Of a DNA stretch of 64,000 bases, positions 25,169-34,671 are shown one piece after another. Source of the stretch: Geothrix sp. (GTDB lineage: Bacteria > Acidobacteriota > Holophagae > Holophagales > Holophagaceae); the NCBI RefSeq assembly GCF_049292215.1, contig NZ_JBATQW010000070.1:14597-78596 (forward strand), read 5' to 3'. Under the pieces are notes generated by a model, which saw only the letters and a list, made by a program, of their open reading frames with translations, was not told the origin of the DNA and did no database searches. Every line of letters begins with the position of its first letter. Positions within the stretch are counted from its first letter, which is position 1. The translations under genes and the position numbers were made by a program.

Positions 25169-27263
25169 GGGCCACCCTCCTCATCAGGGAGTCCATGGCC
25201 AGCCCAAGCATGGCATCGGGATCCAGGACCCACAGGATGCCTTCCTCCTGGACGCTGCCCCCCATGATGCCGGAGGTGTGCGCCAGCTCGGGCAGGCTGC
25301 GCAGCAACACTTCCCCCCGGCCCACGATCTCATCCACGCCCAGGGCCACCTCGACGCTCCTGGAGGAGGCGCCCTGATGGCCCAGCACCACGAAGGCCTT
25401 CTGTCCGTCGGGTTCCGGCAGGCCGAGGCAGGCCTGGAGGGATTCAAGGGGCAGGGACCTGCCCAGCACCTGGACCTGGTCGCCCCCCCGGCAGACATGC
25501 CGTCCTGCCTGCACGCGGATGACGCTGGACAGTGGGATTCCGAAGGACTGTCCGGCGCCGCGCACCTTGAGGCAGCCCACCACTGCCCGGCTCAAGGGAA
25601 AGGTCAACCGGATGAGGCTGCCCCGTCGCACCTCACTCGAGAGGTGCACCTCGCCGCCCAGGGCCTCGATTTCGGCCCGCACCACATCCATGCCCACACC
25701 CCTCCCGGACAGCTGGGTGGCCTGGTCGGTGGTCGAGAAGCCGGGTGCCAGGGTCAGGCGGTGCAGGCGCTCCGGGGTGTGACTCTCCCCCGCCTTCAGG
25801 AGCCCCAATTCGATCCCGCGGGCCTCGATGCGTTCCAGGTTGAACCCCCGCCCATCGTCCCGGATGTCGAAGCGGAGGTTCCGCCCCCGCTGGGAGGCGG
25901 AGATCCGGAGGGACCCGGCCTCGCTCTTCCCCAGCGCAGCCCGCTCCGAAGGGGGTTCCAGGCCGTGGTCCACGGCATTCCTCACCAGATGGAGAAACGG
26001 CTCCGTGAGCCGCCCGAGGATGCCGCGCTCCAGCTCCAGGTCGCCACCCTGGAAGGCGAGCTTGACCGGCTTGCCAGTGTCCCGGCTCAGTCCCTTCACC
26101 ATGGGCTCGATGCGGGAGAACAGGCTTTCGACTTTGACCATCCGCATCTGCAGCAGGGACTTCTGGACATCCAGGAGGCCGTCTTCCATCTGCCCCAGCA
26201 GCGCCATGGGTCGGTCGTCGTCATTGACCAGCCGGGTCCGGTTCAGGAGCAGGCTGGCCGCGTCCCGCAGCTGCCCGACCGCCATCAGGCGGGATTCCAG
26301 GGCCTCGACCCGGTGGGCGGGAAGCCGGAGGATCTCCACCTCCTGTGGCTGGGGAGCCGAGGAGGCCGGGGTTGGGGGAGCCGGCTCGGACGGCGGCGCC
26401 TCGGCAGCCTGGACAGGTTGCTCGCCCCTGAGGCTGGCCGGCACCCGCGTGGGATCCGCCAGCAGCGCGGTTCCCAGGAGCTCCCCCTCCAGCACCGGCA
26501 GCCGATTTGAATCGAGCTCTGGGCAGGCGATCATCAGGAGAAAGGCCAGCCCCTCCCGGTCCTCAGGGGCATCCCAGGGCAGCGTGGAGATGAGCTCTCC
26601 GAACGCACCCAGAGCCTCGCTGTAGACGCGCAGGCGCTCGTCGAAGGTCGCAAAATCCAGACAGATCCTCACGCCATGGATCGGCATCCCGCCCATGAGG
26701 AGGGAGGTCACCCGGGTGTGCTCGTACTCCGAAAGGGCCTTCATGACGTCGGGCGGCAGGTCCAACATCGCCGTGAGGTCCTGGGCCCCGCCCTCCGCTG
26801 GTCGGGCCATGGCTTCCAGCTCTCCCAACTGCCGGCGGAGGGGCTGCAGGTAGTCCTCCGGCTCCGAGTGGCCCCGGCGCAGCCCGGCCATGCCCGATTC
26901 CAGGGCCAGGATGCCGGCCTCCAGGGTCTCGACCAGCGAGTCCGTGGAGCGCAGGCGCCCCTTGCGCATGAGGTCGAAGATGTCCTCCATGCGATGGGCG
27001 GCCTTGCTGAAGCTGGGGAAGCCCAGCATGCCCGCCATCCCCTTGAGCGTGTGCGTGGTCCGGAACAGGGCATTCACCGAGGCCTGGACCAGGTGGGCCG
27101 GCTGGGGATCCTTCAAGCTGGCAAGGATCTGCCGGGCCTGCGCGAAGAGGTCCTCGAACTCTGCCCATACATCGTCGAAGGATTGGTCCAAGCGAAAGCC
27201 CCCGGTTACTGAGGCATCGGCAGGGGGGGGTGGAGTCTGGAATCCCGACCGCCCCCCCTGCAC
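25161..27263 (-). CDS. cheA: chemotaxis-type histidine kinase CheA (Hpt-dimerisation-HATPase-CheW-like)
   Basis: 700 aa. Hpt box FRTTHTLKGMAGMLGF. N-box HLVRNAVDHGLE. G-boxes DDGRGF and GRGVGMDVV. C-terminal CheW-like P5. No fused receiver. GTG start at 27263 is uncertain (only 12 nt from the divergent kdsB ATG). Confidence 0.9.
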   Translation of the reverse strand: MQGGRSGFQTPPPPADASVTGGFRLDQSFDDVWAEFEDLFAQARQILASLKDPQPAHLVQASVNALFRTTHTLKGMAGMLGFPSFSKAAHRMEDIFDLMRKGRLRSTDSLVETLEAGILALESGMAGLRRGHSEPEDYLQPLRRQLGELEAMARPAEGGAQDLTAMLDLPPDVMKALSEYEHTRVTSLLMGGMPIHGVRICLDFATFDERLRVYSEALGAFGELISTLPWDAPEDREGLAFLLMIACPELDSNRLPVLEGELLGTALLADPTRVPASLRGEQPVQAAEAPPSEPAPPTPASSAPQPQEVEILRLPAHRVEALESRLMAVGQLRDAASLLLNRTRLVNDDDRPMALLGQMEDGLLDVQKSLLQMRMVKVESLFSRIEPMVKGLSRDTGKPVKLAFQGGDLELERGILGRLTEPFLHLVRNAVDHGLEPPSERAALGKSEAGSLRISASQRGRNLRFDIRDDGRGFNLERIEARGIELGLLKAGESHTPERLHRLTLAPGFSTTDQATQLSGRGVGMDVVRAEIEALGGEVHLSSEVRRGSLIRLTFPLSRAVVGCLKVRGAGQSFGIPLSSVIRVQAGRHVCRGGDQVQVLGRSLPLESLQACLGLPEPDGQKAFVVLGHQGASSRSVEVALGVDEIVGRGEVLLRSLPELAHTSGIMGGSVQEEGILWVLDPDAMLGLAMDSLMRRVARV

Positions 27264-27275
27264 TACACTTGGCCC

Positions 27276-28061
27276 ATGCGCACCCTCGCCGTCCTGCCCT
27301 CCCGTTTCCAGGCCTCACGGTTTCCGGGCAAGCCCCTGGCCCTGATTGCCGGAAGACCCATGATCCAGTGGGTCTTCGAGGCGGCGCACCGGGCCCGGGG
27401 CGTGGACCGGGTGCTGGTGGCCACGGACGACGAGCGGATCGCTGCCGCGGTCAGAGGGTTTGGCGGCGAGGCCGTCATGACGGACCCCGCCCTGCCCTCC
27501 GGCACGGATCGCGTCGCGGCCGCCGCCGCCGCCCTGGGGGAATCCTTCGATTGCATTCTCAACATCCAGGGGGATGAGCCGGCCCTGCACCCTGACACGG
27601 TGGCGGCGGTGGTCGCCCTGATGGTGGCCCAGCCGGACCTCCCCATCGCCACGGCCGCCTGCCCCTTCGCCCACCCGGACGAGCTCTTCAACCCGAACGC
27701 CGTCAAGGTGGTGGTGGACGATCGCCAGCGGGCCCTCTACTTCAGCCGCAGCCCCATCCCCTACCTGCGGAACGGTTCCATCTTCGAGCTGGATTTCCGG
27801 CCCTGGATGCAGCCCAGGCAGCTGGGCCACTTCCGGCGCCATCTCGGCATCTACGCCTACCGGCCCGAAGCGCTGCGTGCCTTCACTCAGCTGCCGCCAC
27901 ACCCGCTCGAGCAGTTGGAGATGCTGGAACAGCTCCGGGCGCTGGGGGCGGGCCTAGCCATCGGCGTGGCCGATACGCCGCACCTGAGCCTGGGCGTGGA
28001 TGTACCGGCGGACGTGTCGGCCGCCGAGGCCCTGCTTCGGGAGCGGGGGTTGGCGCGGTAG
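27276..28061 (+). CDS. kdsB: 3-deoxy-manno-octulosonate cytidylyltransferase (CMP-Kdo synthetase)
   Basis: 261 aa. MRTLAVLPSRFQASRFPGKPL, NIQGDEP and the overall KdsB layout. Confidence 0.9.
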   Translation: MRTLAVLPSRFQASRFPGKPLALIAGRPMIQWVFEAAHRARGVDRVLVATDDERIAAAVRGFGGEAVMTDPALPSGTDRVAAAAAALGESFDCILNIQGDEPALHPDTVAAVVALMVAQPDLPIATAACPFAHPDELFNPNAVKVVVDDRQRALYFSRSPIPYLRNGSIFELDFRPWMQPRQLGHFRRHLGIYAYRPEALRAFTQLPPHPLEQLEMLEQLRALGAGLAIGVADTPHLSLGVDVPADVSAAEALLRERGLAR

Positions 28062-28104
28062 ACTCGGGAGCCGGGCCCCAGCCCGTCCCCGCCAGGAGCA
28101 GCGC

Positions 28105-29073
28105 GTGAACCACCATAAAGTCATCGTGATTGGCACAGGCCCCGCCGGGTACACCGCCGCCCTATACACCTCCCGGGCCAACTTGGCCCCCCTGGTGTTC
28201 GAGGGGGTCCAGCCTGGCGGCCAGCTCACCATCACCACCGAGGTCGAGAACTTCCCCGGCTTTCGCAAGGGCATTGAGGGGCCGGCCCTGATGGAAGAGA
28301 TGCGGGAGCAGGTGCTCCGCTTCGGCACCACCATCAAGGCCGAAACCGTGCTCAAGGCCGACCTCCAGAGCCGCCCTTTCCACCTCACCACGGACAAGGG
28401 CGACTACACTGCCGACGCCGTGATCATTGCCACCGGCGCCTCGGCCATGTGGCTGGGCATCGACAAGGACGAGCAACTCTCCCGCACCGGCGGGGGCGTC
28501 AGCGCCTGCGCCACCTGTGACGGTTTCTTCTTCCGCGGGAAGGAGATCGCCGTGGTGGGCGGCGGCGACACCGCCGTGGAGGAGGCCACCTTCCTCACCA
28601 AGTTCGCCACCAAAGTCCACCTCATCCACCGCCGGGACAAGCTGCGCGCCTCCAAGGCGATGCAGGAGCGCGCCTTCAAGAACGAGAAGATCCAGCCCGT
28701 CTGGAACAAGGTCGTGTTGGACGTGCTCACCGCCACCCACGAGACGCCCATGGGCGAGAAGGTCGAGAAGATCCGCGCCCTGAAGCTGAAGGACACAGTG
28801 GACGGCAGCGAATCCGAGCTGCCCGTGGAAGGCCTCTTCGTGGCCATCGGCCACAAGCCGAACACAGGCCTCTTCACGGGCCAGCTGCCCATGGACGAGA
28901 CCGGGTATCTCCAGGTGGAAAAGGGCTCCAGCCGGACCTCCATTCCCGGTGTCTTCGCCTGTGGGGACGTCCAGGACCACACATACCGCCAGGCCATCAC
29001 CGCCGCCGGCAGCGGCTGCATGGCCGCAATCGACGCCGAGCGCTGGCTCGCAGACCAGGGTCTCGCGGAGTGA
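28105..29073 (+). CDS. trxB: thioredoxin-disulfide reductase
   Basis: 322 aa from the GTG at 28105 (VNHHKVIVIGTGPAGYTAA). Redox centre CATCDGFFF. NADPH site VVGGGDTAVEEA. The upstream part of the track ORF (from 28000) is Arg/Pro-rich and unlikely to be coding. Confidence 0.9.
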   Translation: MNHHKVIVIGTGPAGYTAALYTSRANLAPLVFEGVQPGGQLTITTEVENFPGFRKGIEGPALMEEMREQVLRFGTTIKAETVLKADLQSRPFHLTTDKGDYTADAVIIATGASAMWLGIDKDEQLSRTGGGVSACATCDGFFFRGKEIAVVGGGDTAVEEATFLTKFATKVHLIHRRDKLRASKAMQERAFKNEKIQPVWNKVVLDVLTATHETPMGEKVEKIRALKLKDTVDGSESELPVEGLFVAIGHKPNTGLFTGQLPMDETGYLQVEKGSSRTSIPGVFACGDVQDHTYRQAITAAGSGCMAAIDAERWLADQGLAE

Positions 29074-30209
29074 ATGAGCAGCACCTCGAACCCCTGATCC
29101 GGCATCCCGAGGGCCGAGCCCTCCGGGCGGAAGTGGACCTGGGCTGCATCGGGCGGAACCTAGCCCGCCTCCGGACCGCGGCCGGGGGCCGCGAGGTCTG
29201 GGGCGTGGTCAAGGCCAACGCCTACGGCCACGGGGCCGTCCCCGTGGGTCGGGCCTTGGCCTCGGCTGGCGCCCATGGCCTGGCGGTGTCCAGCCTGGAG
29301 GAGGGTCTGGAACTGCGCCAAGGTGGCCTCACCGGCCCCATCCTCGTGCTGGGCGGCCTCCGCCCGGAGGCCCTCCCCGCCGCCTGCTCGGAGGGCTTGA
29401 CCATCGCGGTTGTCGGTCCCGAGCACCTGGCCGAATATGCCCGGATCCTGCCCAGTCACCCAGTCCAGCTCCACCTGAAGCTGGATACGGGCATGGGCCG
29501 CTTCGGCCTGCTGCCGTCCGAGCTCGGAGACTGCCTGACCGCCCTTGGGCAGCTCTCCCCCTGGATCGAGGGGGTCATGGGCCACTTCGCCACGGCCGAC
29601 GACCCTGACCAGGGCTTCGCCCTCCGGCAGCGCCGGGTCTTCGAGGGCTGCCTCGCCCAGTTGGCCGACGCGGGCCTCCACCCGGTGCAGCGCCACCACG
29701 GCAACAGCGATGCCTGTCTGCGCAACCTCCTGGACCAGGACACCCACCTCAGGCCCGGACTGGCCCTCTTCGGGCTCACGACCCTGCCAGAGGGTCGGCA
29801 GCTCGGCCTGGAACCGGCCCTGGCGCTCGTGGCGGAGGTGGCCCGGGTCAAGACCGTCCCCACCGGAACCACCGTCGGATATGGCCGCACCTTCGTGGCC
29901 CCACAACCCATGCAGATCGCCACGCTGGCCTGCGGCTACGCCGACGGCTACCGGCGTGACCTGGGGAACCGCGGCGTCGTCGGTTTCGCCGGTCAGACCT
30001 TCCCGGTGGTGGGCCGCGTGTCCATGGACTACCTGACTGTGGCCCTGCCCCTGGGCGTCCAGGTGGATCCCGGTGATCCCATGACCCTCTACAGCACCGA
30101 TCCGGCTGCCCCCCACGGCCTTGAGCGGGTGTCCCAGGTCCTTGGCACCATCCCCTACGAGCTGACCTGCGCCCTCCACCGCCGCATCTCCCGGCGTTAT
30201 TTCCCTTAA
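29070..30209 (+). CDS. alr: alanine racemase
   Basis: 379 aa. PLP-lysine motif VVKANAYGHGA and C-terminal VSMDYLTV. GTG start overlaps the trxB stop (GTGA). Confidence 0.9.
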   Translation: MNEQHLEPLIRHPEGRALRAEVDLGCIGRNLARLRTAAGGREVWGVVKANAYGHGAVPVGRALASAGAHGLAVSSLEEGLELRQGGLTGPILVLGGLRPEALPAACSEGLTIAVVGPEHLAEYARILPSHPVQLHLKLDTGMGRFGLLPSELGDCLTALGQLSPWIEGVMGHFATADDPDQGFALRQRRVFEGCLAQLADAGLHPVQRHHGNSDACLRNLLDQDTHLRPGLALFGLTTLPEGRQLGLEPALALVAEVARVKTVPTGTTVGYGRTFVAPQPMQIATLACGYADGYRRDLGNRGVVGFAGQTFPVVGRVSMDYLTVALPLGVQVDPGDPMTLYSTDPAAPHGLERVSQVLGTIPYELTCALHRRISRRYFP

Positions 30210-30256
30210 CCCTCAGCCGATCCGCTCTACCATGAGGGACTTCCCTTCGGTCCTTC

Positions 30257-31636
30257 ATGAACCTGTTGGTCATCTCCCGCCATGACGACCTTGTCGAACG
30301 CCTCAGGATGGCGTTCGAGGGGGCCGGGCACCGCATCCTCCAGGCCGGCGACCCCCTCGAGGCCCTGGCCAATGATGCCTGGAACGAGGCCCAGGTCCTG
30401 CTCGTCGACTCGGGCGGCGATCCCATGGATGGCTATCGCCTGTGCCGACTTCTGCGGGGCGAGGCCAGGATCCTGTTCCGGAACCTCCCGATCTTCCTAA
30501 TCCTCGATCACGCCCCCACCGACCAGGATCTCAAGGCCCTGCAGGAGTCCCAGGGCGATGGCTTCATCGCCGCGGGGCACACCATTCAGCAGCTGCTCAA
30601 CCACCTCGGCCCGGTCCTGGCCGGAAGCGCTCCCCGCGAGGAGGGCCAGCGGCTCCCGGTCTTGGCTCTGGGATTCCAGTCATCCCTGGCCCAGAAGGTG
30701 CGGGACATGCTCCACCACTTCGCAATCGAAGTTCATTCGCCGCCCATCCGCAATGCCGTGGAGGCTCAACGCGCGCTGAAGGCACCGGTGCTCCTGCTGG
30801 GCCTTTCCGCCGGCGGGGTGGACGGCGCCTTGGCCGTCCTGTCCCACCTGAGGGAATCGGGCCTCCTGCCGTACACCATCCTGGTGGGCCAGGTGAAGCA
30901 CGAGGCCGATCAGCGGCGGCTCCTCCTGGCCGGCATCTCCGACTGGGTGCAGCTCCCCCTGCCCGCACCTCGCCTGGTCCACGCCTGTAAGCGCGCCATG
31001 GAATGGCTGCACGCGCGTCGCATCCAAGTTGAATACGAATCAGCCATCCACGATCTGCGGGAACGACGGAGCATGCTGGAAATCGAAGCGGCCTCACTAC
31101 GCAACGAGGTGCTGACGGATCCGCTGACCGAGCTGCTCAATCGCCGGGCCTTCGACCAGAACCTCGACCATGCGGTCCGGCAATGGGAAAGGCACCGGCG
31201 CGCCTTCGTCCTCGTCCTCGGCGATGTGGACCACTTCAAGCTGATCAACGACCGCTTCGGCCATCCCGTCGGCGACGAGGTGCTCCGGCAGCTTGCCGGC
31301 CGCATCCGTTCCGCACTCCGCAAGTCGGACCTCGCCTTCAGAATCGGTGGCGAAGAGTTCGCCGTGCTGCTTACGGAGACGAATCTCAAAGCCGGGGCGG
31401 AGGTGGCGAACAAGCTGCGGCGGCGCATCGACGAGGACGCCATCATCCTGCCCGGGGGCCAGGCCATCTTCCCCACCATGAGCTTCGGCGTGGGCGGCAG
31501 CGGCGCGCCCACCCTGAGTGCCTTGATGTCCCAGGTGGACAGGGCGCTCTACAAGGCAAAGAGCCTGGGACGGAACCGGGTCGTGGTCTCCGAAGAGGGA
31601 GACAACCCCGGACGGATCGTCAGCGCCGGAAACTGA
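30257..31636 (+). CDS. PleD-like diguanylate cyclase (two receiver-like domains plus GGDEF)
   Basis: 459 aa. The first receiver-like domain has an acceptor-like Asp in VLLVDSGGDPMDG. The second is degenerate (VLLLGLSAGG). GGDEF domain with active-site GGEEF (31346-31360) and an RxxD I-site (RKSD) five residues upstream. Confidence 0.85.
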   Translation: MNLLVISRHDDLVERLRMAFEGAGHRILQAGDPLEALANDAWNEAQVLLVDSGGDPMDGYRLCRLLRGEARILFRNLPIFLILDHAPTDQDLKALQESQGDGFIAAGHTIQQLLNHLGPVLAGSAPREEGQRLPVLALGFQSSLAQKVRDMLHHFAIEVHSPPIRNAVEAQRALKAPVLLLGLSAGGVDGALAVLSHLRESGLLPYTILVGQVKHEADQRRLLLAGISDWVQLPLPAPRLVHACKRAMEWLHARRIQVEYESAIHDLRERRSMLEIEAASLRNEVLTDPLTELLNRRAFDQNLDHAVRQWERHRRAFVLVLGDVDHFKLINDRFGHPVGDEVLRQLAGRIRSALRKSDLAFRIGGEEFAVLLTETNLKAGAEVANKLRRRIDEDAIILPGGQAIFPTMSFGVGGSGAPTLSALMSQVDRALYKAKSLGRNRVVVSEEGDNPGRIVSAGN

Positions 31637-33935
31637 ACAGGTCGCCAAGTCCCCGGAGGGTCAGGGTCAGGTCCACACGATCCTCCCTTCCCCCCGACAC
31701 CAGGTTCGTGTCCAGGGCCACGTGGCTGTATTTCAGGACATAGGCCACGCAGGGCTGGACATAGGCGAGCGCCACCTGGCTGGAGGCGAAGCCGTGGTTC
31801 CGGAAATCGTAGTTGGCGCTGAACTCCAGCCTGACCCGGTCGTCCCAGAGCCGCTGCAGACCTCCGAACTGGAGGCCCTGCTGGCGGACCAGGAACCGGT
31901 TGATGCCGGTGGAGAAGTAGGCCAGGTTGAAGCGGCCCCCGTCCCTGGCCTTCACGTCCACGCTGAGGGCGTTGTCAGAGCCGCCCGCCCCGATGTCGGA
32001 GGACCGGCGTAGGCTGATGCGCCAGCGGTCGTCCGGTTCCACGTCGAGGTCCGTGTCCAGCGAGGACCAGCCCTTCTTGTAGCGGCCGTCGCTGAGGATG
32101 ATCGGAGTCGCATGGTAGCGGGTGGCCACCCGGAGCCGGGCGAGATCCGCGAACCCTGATCCCGCGCCGGAGCGCCCCAGGACGTGTTGCTTGAGGCCCA
32201 GTTCGAAGCTCCGCTCACCAGAGGCGCTGTCATTGACGCCGGGAAAGGAGTCCACGGTGTCGAACCTGGGCAGGATGCCGGCCTCGCCGGAGCGGCTGGT
32301 CTCGGTAAACCCGAAATAGGGTTCGGCCACGTGCTTGACCTCGCCTTGGTAGCCCAGGAGGGAGACCTCCTTGAAGCTCCGGCCGACCTGGGGTCCCGAC
32401 AGCCGCAGGTGGCTGGACAGCAGGAGCCGGGTCGCCGGGACGCCATCCACCTGGAAGGGGCTGGTGGCCGGGTCGACCACGTTGCCGTCAGCCCCGCCCG
32501 TCGGGTCGAACACGGCAGAGGACAGGGTGGAGCTGTAGTGGGTGGCCCTCCCCAGGAGCTCGAAGTCGGCCCGGAAGGGACCCCACTGCCCCAGGCGTCC
32601 ATGGATGCGCGTGTTGGCATCCTGACGGTCCCAGGCATAGCTTTGGTCGGGCACGGAGGAGCTGCCTTCGATGCGGTAGGCGAAGCGGCCCAGGCGCAGC
32701 CCACCATCCACGTACAACTGTCCGAGCAGGGGGATGGGAAAGAACCGGAACTCGCCCTGGGGAAGGGTCTGCCGGCGGAGGGAGGCCGGGAACTGGGCGC
32801 TGTAGAAGGGATCGCCCTGGTCTTTGGTAAAGAAGAAGCTGCGCTGCTCCGCGGCGGACAGGCTGAGGCTGCCGAACGTGAAGCTCCGCCCGAGGTAGAG
32901 GGCCGAATCGAAGCTGGTGGCACCGAGCGAGCCGAGGCCCTTGCCGAAGTCGGCATCCACAAAATTGTCCGAGGCCTGATTCACATCCGCCGTCAGCTGC
33001 CAGCCGTCTTCGCGCTGCCAGACCTCCTTCAGGCTGTAGCGGTACCGGCGGAGATCAAGGCTCCGCTGATGGATGGTCTCGCCCGAGAGACTGCCCTGGT
33101 GGGTCAGGTCCGGGCGCCAGCGGAGCTCTCCGCCCCAGAGCACGCCCTCCTTGCTCAGGTACTCCGGTGAGAAGGTCGTGTCCGCGGATTCGCCCAGCAC
33201 CTGGAAGTAGGAGAGCCCCACGGTGGAGCCGAAGGAACTGGAGAGTCCCAGGCGCGGCGGGAGCAGGCCCGAGGTGCGTTCCGCCTGTGCCGGATAGAGG
33301 GCGTAGGGCAGGTAGAAGATGGGCACGGAGCCCAGCAGGACCCGCGCATTCCAGAGGGTGGCGAAGCCATCCAGGTCCACTTTCAGGCTGGAGAGCCTGG
33401 CCTTCCAGCCTGGTTTATCTTCGGGACAGGGGCTCAGCTCCACCTCGTCGAACGACCAGGTACGCAGGGTGGTGAAGGCCACGTGGCCGGACTTGAGGGT
33501 CCAGGAGGGCGGCAGGTCCATCTGCAGGGCCCAGGCTTCGCCCGAGCGGAGGCCCCAGTCCATCTGAAGGCGCTCCCCGCGCAGGCGGAGCCCCGGACCT
33601 TCCAGGCGGATGTGGCCCTCGGCGATGAGCCGGCCTTCGGGAATGCGGTATTCGATGCGGTCAGCCAGGAGGAGCAGGCCCTCCGCCTGGATGGCGCCTT
33701 GTTCAAGGATCCAGACGTCGCCGACTTCCCGAACCCGGTCGCCTCGCCAGTCGAAGGGCACGCGGGAATTGCCAGGGCCCCGCTCGATGCGGAAGGGGCG
33801 GAGCGGGAGCAGCTCGGCCGGCGTGGGCGCGTCCAGGAACGGGAGGGCCGGGGCCGGTGGCAGGCCCTGGGCCGCCAGGAGGGTCGGCAGGGCGCCCATC
33901 ACCAGGCCACTGCATCCCCTCCGGAGACGGTGCAT
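31620..33935 (-). CDS. lptD: LPS-assembly outer-membrane protein LptD
   Basis: About 771 aa from MHRLRRGCSGLVMGALPTLLAAQG. WNARVLLGSVPIFYLPYALYPAQAERTSGLLPPRLG matches the conserved LptD segment (E. coli [33 protein letters not shown]). Beta-barrel-like C-terminus. Confidence 0.85.
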   Translation of the reverse strand: MHRLRRGCSGLVMGALPTLLAAQGLPPAPALPFLDAPTPAELLPLRPFRIERGPGNSRVPFDWRGDRVREVGDVWILEQGAIQAEGLLLLADRIEYRIPEGRLIAEGHIRLEGPGLRLRGERLQMDWGLRSGEAWALQMDLPPSWTLKSGHVAFTTLRTWSFDEVELSPCPEDKPGWKARLSSLKVDLDGFATLWNARVLLGSVPIFYLPYALYPAQAERTSGLLPPRLGLSSSFGSTVGLSYFQVLGESADTTFSPEYLSKEGVLWGGELRWRPDLTHQGSLSGETIHQRSLDLRRYRYSLKEVWQREDGWQLTADVNQASDNFVDADFGKGLGSLGATSFDSALYLGRSFTFGSLSLSAAEQRSFFFTKDQGDPFYSAQFPASLRRQTLPQGEFRFFPIPLLGQLYVDGGLRLGRFAYRIEGSSSVPDQSYAWDRQDANTRIHGRLGQWGPFRADFELLGRATHYSSTLSSAVFDPTGGADGNVVDPATSPFQVDGVPATRLLLSSHLRLSGPQVGRSFKEVSLLGYQGEVKHVAEPYFGFTETSRSGEAGILPRFDTVDSFPGVNDSASGERSFELGLKQHVLGRSGAGSGFADLARLRVATRYHATPIILSDGRYKKGWSSLDTDLDVEPDDRWRISLRRSSDIGAGGSDNALSVDVKARDGGRFNLAYFSTGINRFLVRQQGLQFGGLQRLWDDRVRLEFSANYDFRNHGFASSQVALAYVQPCVAYVLKYSHVALDTNLVSGGREDRVDLTLTLRGLGDLFSFRR

Positions 33936-33942
33936 GCGGAAC

Positions 33943-34665
33943 TCAGTGCTGGTGCGGCAACAGCCGCGAACTGAGGAGGAAGATCCCCACACCCGAGAGC
34001 AGGGCGATGGTGCTGCGGAGGCCCGAGACCTTCTGGACCTCGGGCAGCAGGTCCGAACTCGCCACGTAGAGGGCCAGGCCGGCCGTCAGCCCAAGAATAG
34101 GCCCGGTCGGCAGGTTGAGCAGCGATTGCCCGGCGGCGCCCAGCATGGCTGCCAGGGCCAGCGTTCCCGCCGCCAGCATGGCCGCGCGGTTCCCGAAGCC
34201 CCGCACCAGGAAGATGGAGGCGATGGTGCCCCCCTCCGGGATGCGGTGGAAGAGGATGCCCAGGACGACCAGCGGACCCAGGTTGCTGTGCGTGGACAGG
34301 GCCGCCGCGATGGCCACGCCATCCATGAGGCTGTGCAGCGACAGGCCGATCAGGGCCAGCACGCCGCTGAGCGGCGAGCCATCGGTGTGGGTCTCCTCCC
34401 CGTAGTGGAAATGGAGGGTGATGCCGTGCTCCATGACGTGCACCAGCAGGTAGCCGGCAAGTACCCAGTAGGCGTTGAGCTCTCCGCCCTTGGCCTCCAG
34501 GCACTCGGGGATGATGCGGACCACCGTCACCGAGAGCAGGTAACCTGCGGCCACGCCGGAGAGCAGGCGCATGAACTGGGCACGGCCCTGGAGGAAGCGG
34601 ACCACCCCCCAGCCACCCAGGAGGGTGGCCAGGGAGGCGAAGGACGCGATCCAGAAGGTGGACAT
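33943..34665 (-). CDS. zupT: ZIP family divalent-metal (zinc) transporter
   Basis: 240 aa, about 8 TM. HSLMDGVAIAAAL and FHRIPEGGTIASI are ZIP/ZupT metal-site motifs. Confidence 0.85.
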   Translation of the reverse strand: MSTFWIASFASLATLLGGWGVVRFLQGRAQFMRLLSGVAAGYLLSVTVVRIIPECLEAKGGELNAYWVLAGYLLVHVMEHGITLHFHYGEETHTDGSPLSGVLALIGLSLHSLMDGVAIAAALSTHSNLGPLVVLGILFHRIPEGGTIASIFLVRGFGNRAAMLAAGTLALAAMLGAAGQSLLNLPTGPILGLTAGLALYVASSDLLPEVQKVSGLRSTIALLSGVGIFLLSSRLLPHQH

Positions 34666-34671
34666 CCGCGA

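Noticed and set aside
31620-31636. Convergent 3'-end overlaps (diguanylate cyclase/lptD by 17 nt; CoA-transferase/REC-GAF gene by 20 nt at 17120-17139) as antisense regulatory devices.
   Set aside because: Short convergent overlaps are common in compact genomes. No hairpin or conserved element is visible in the overlaps, so there is no sequence evidence for a specific mechanism.
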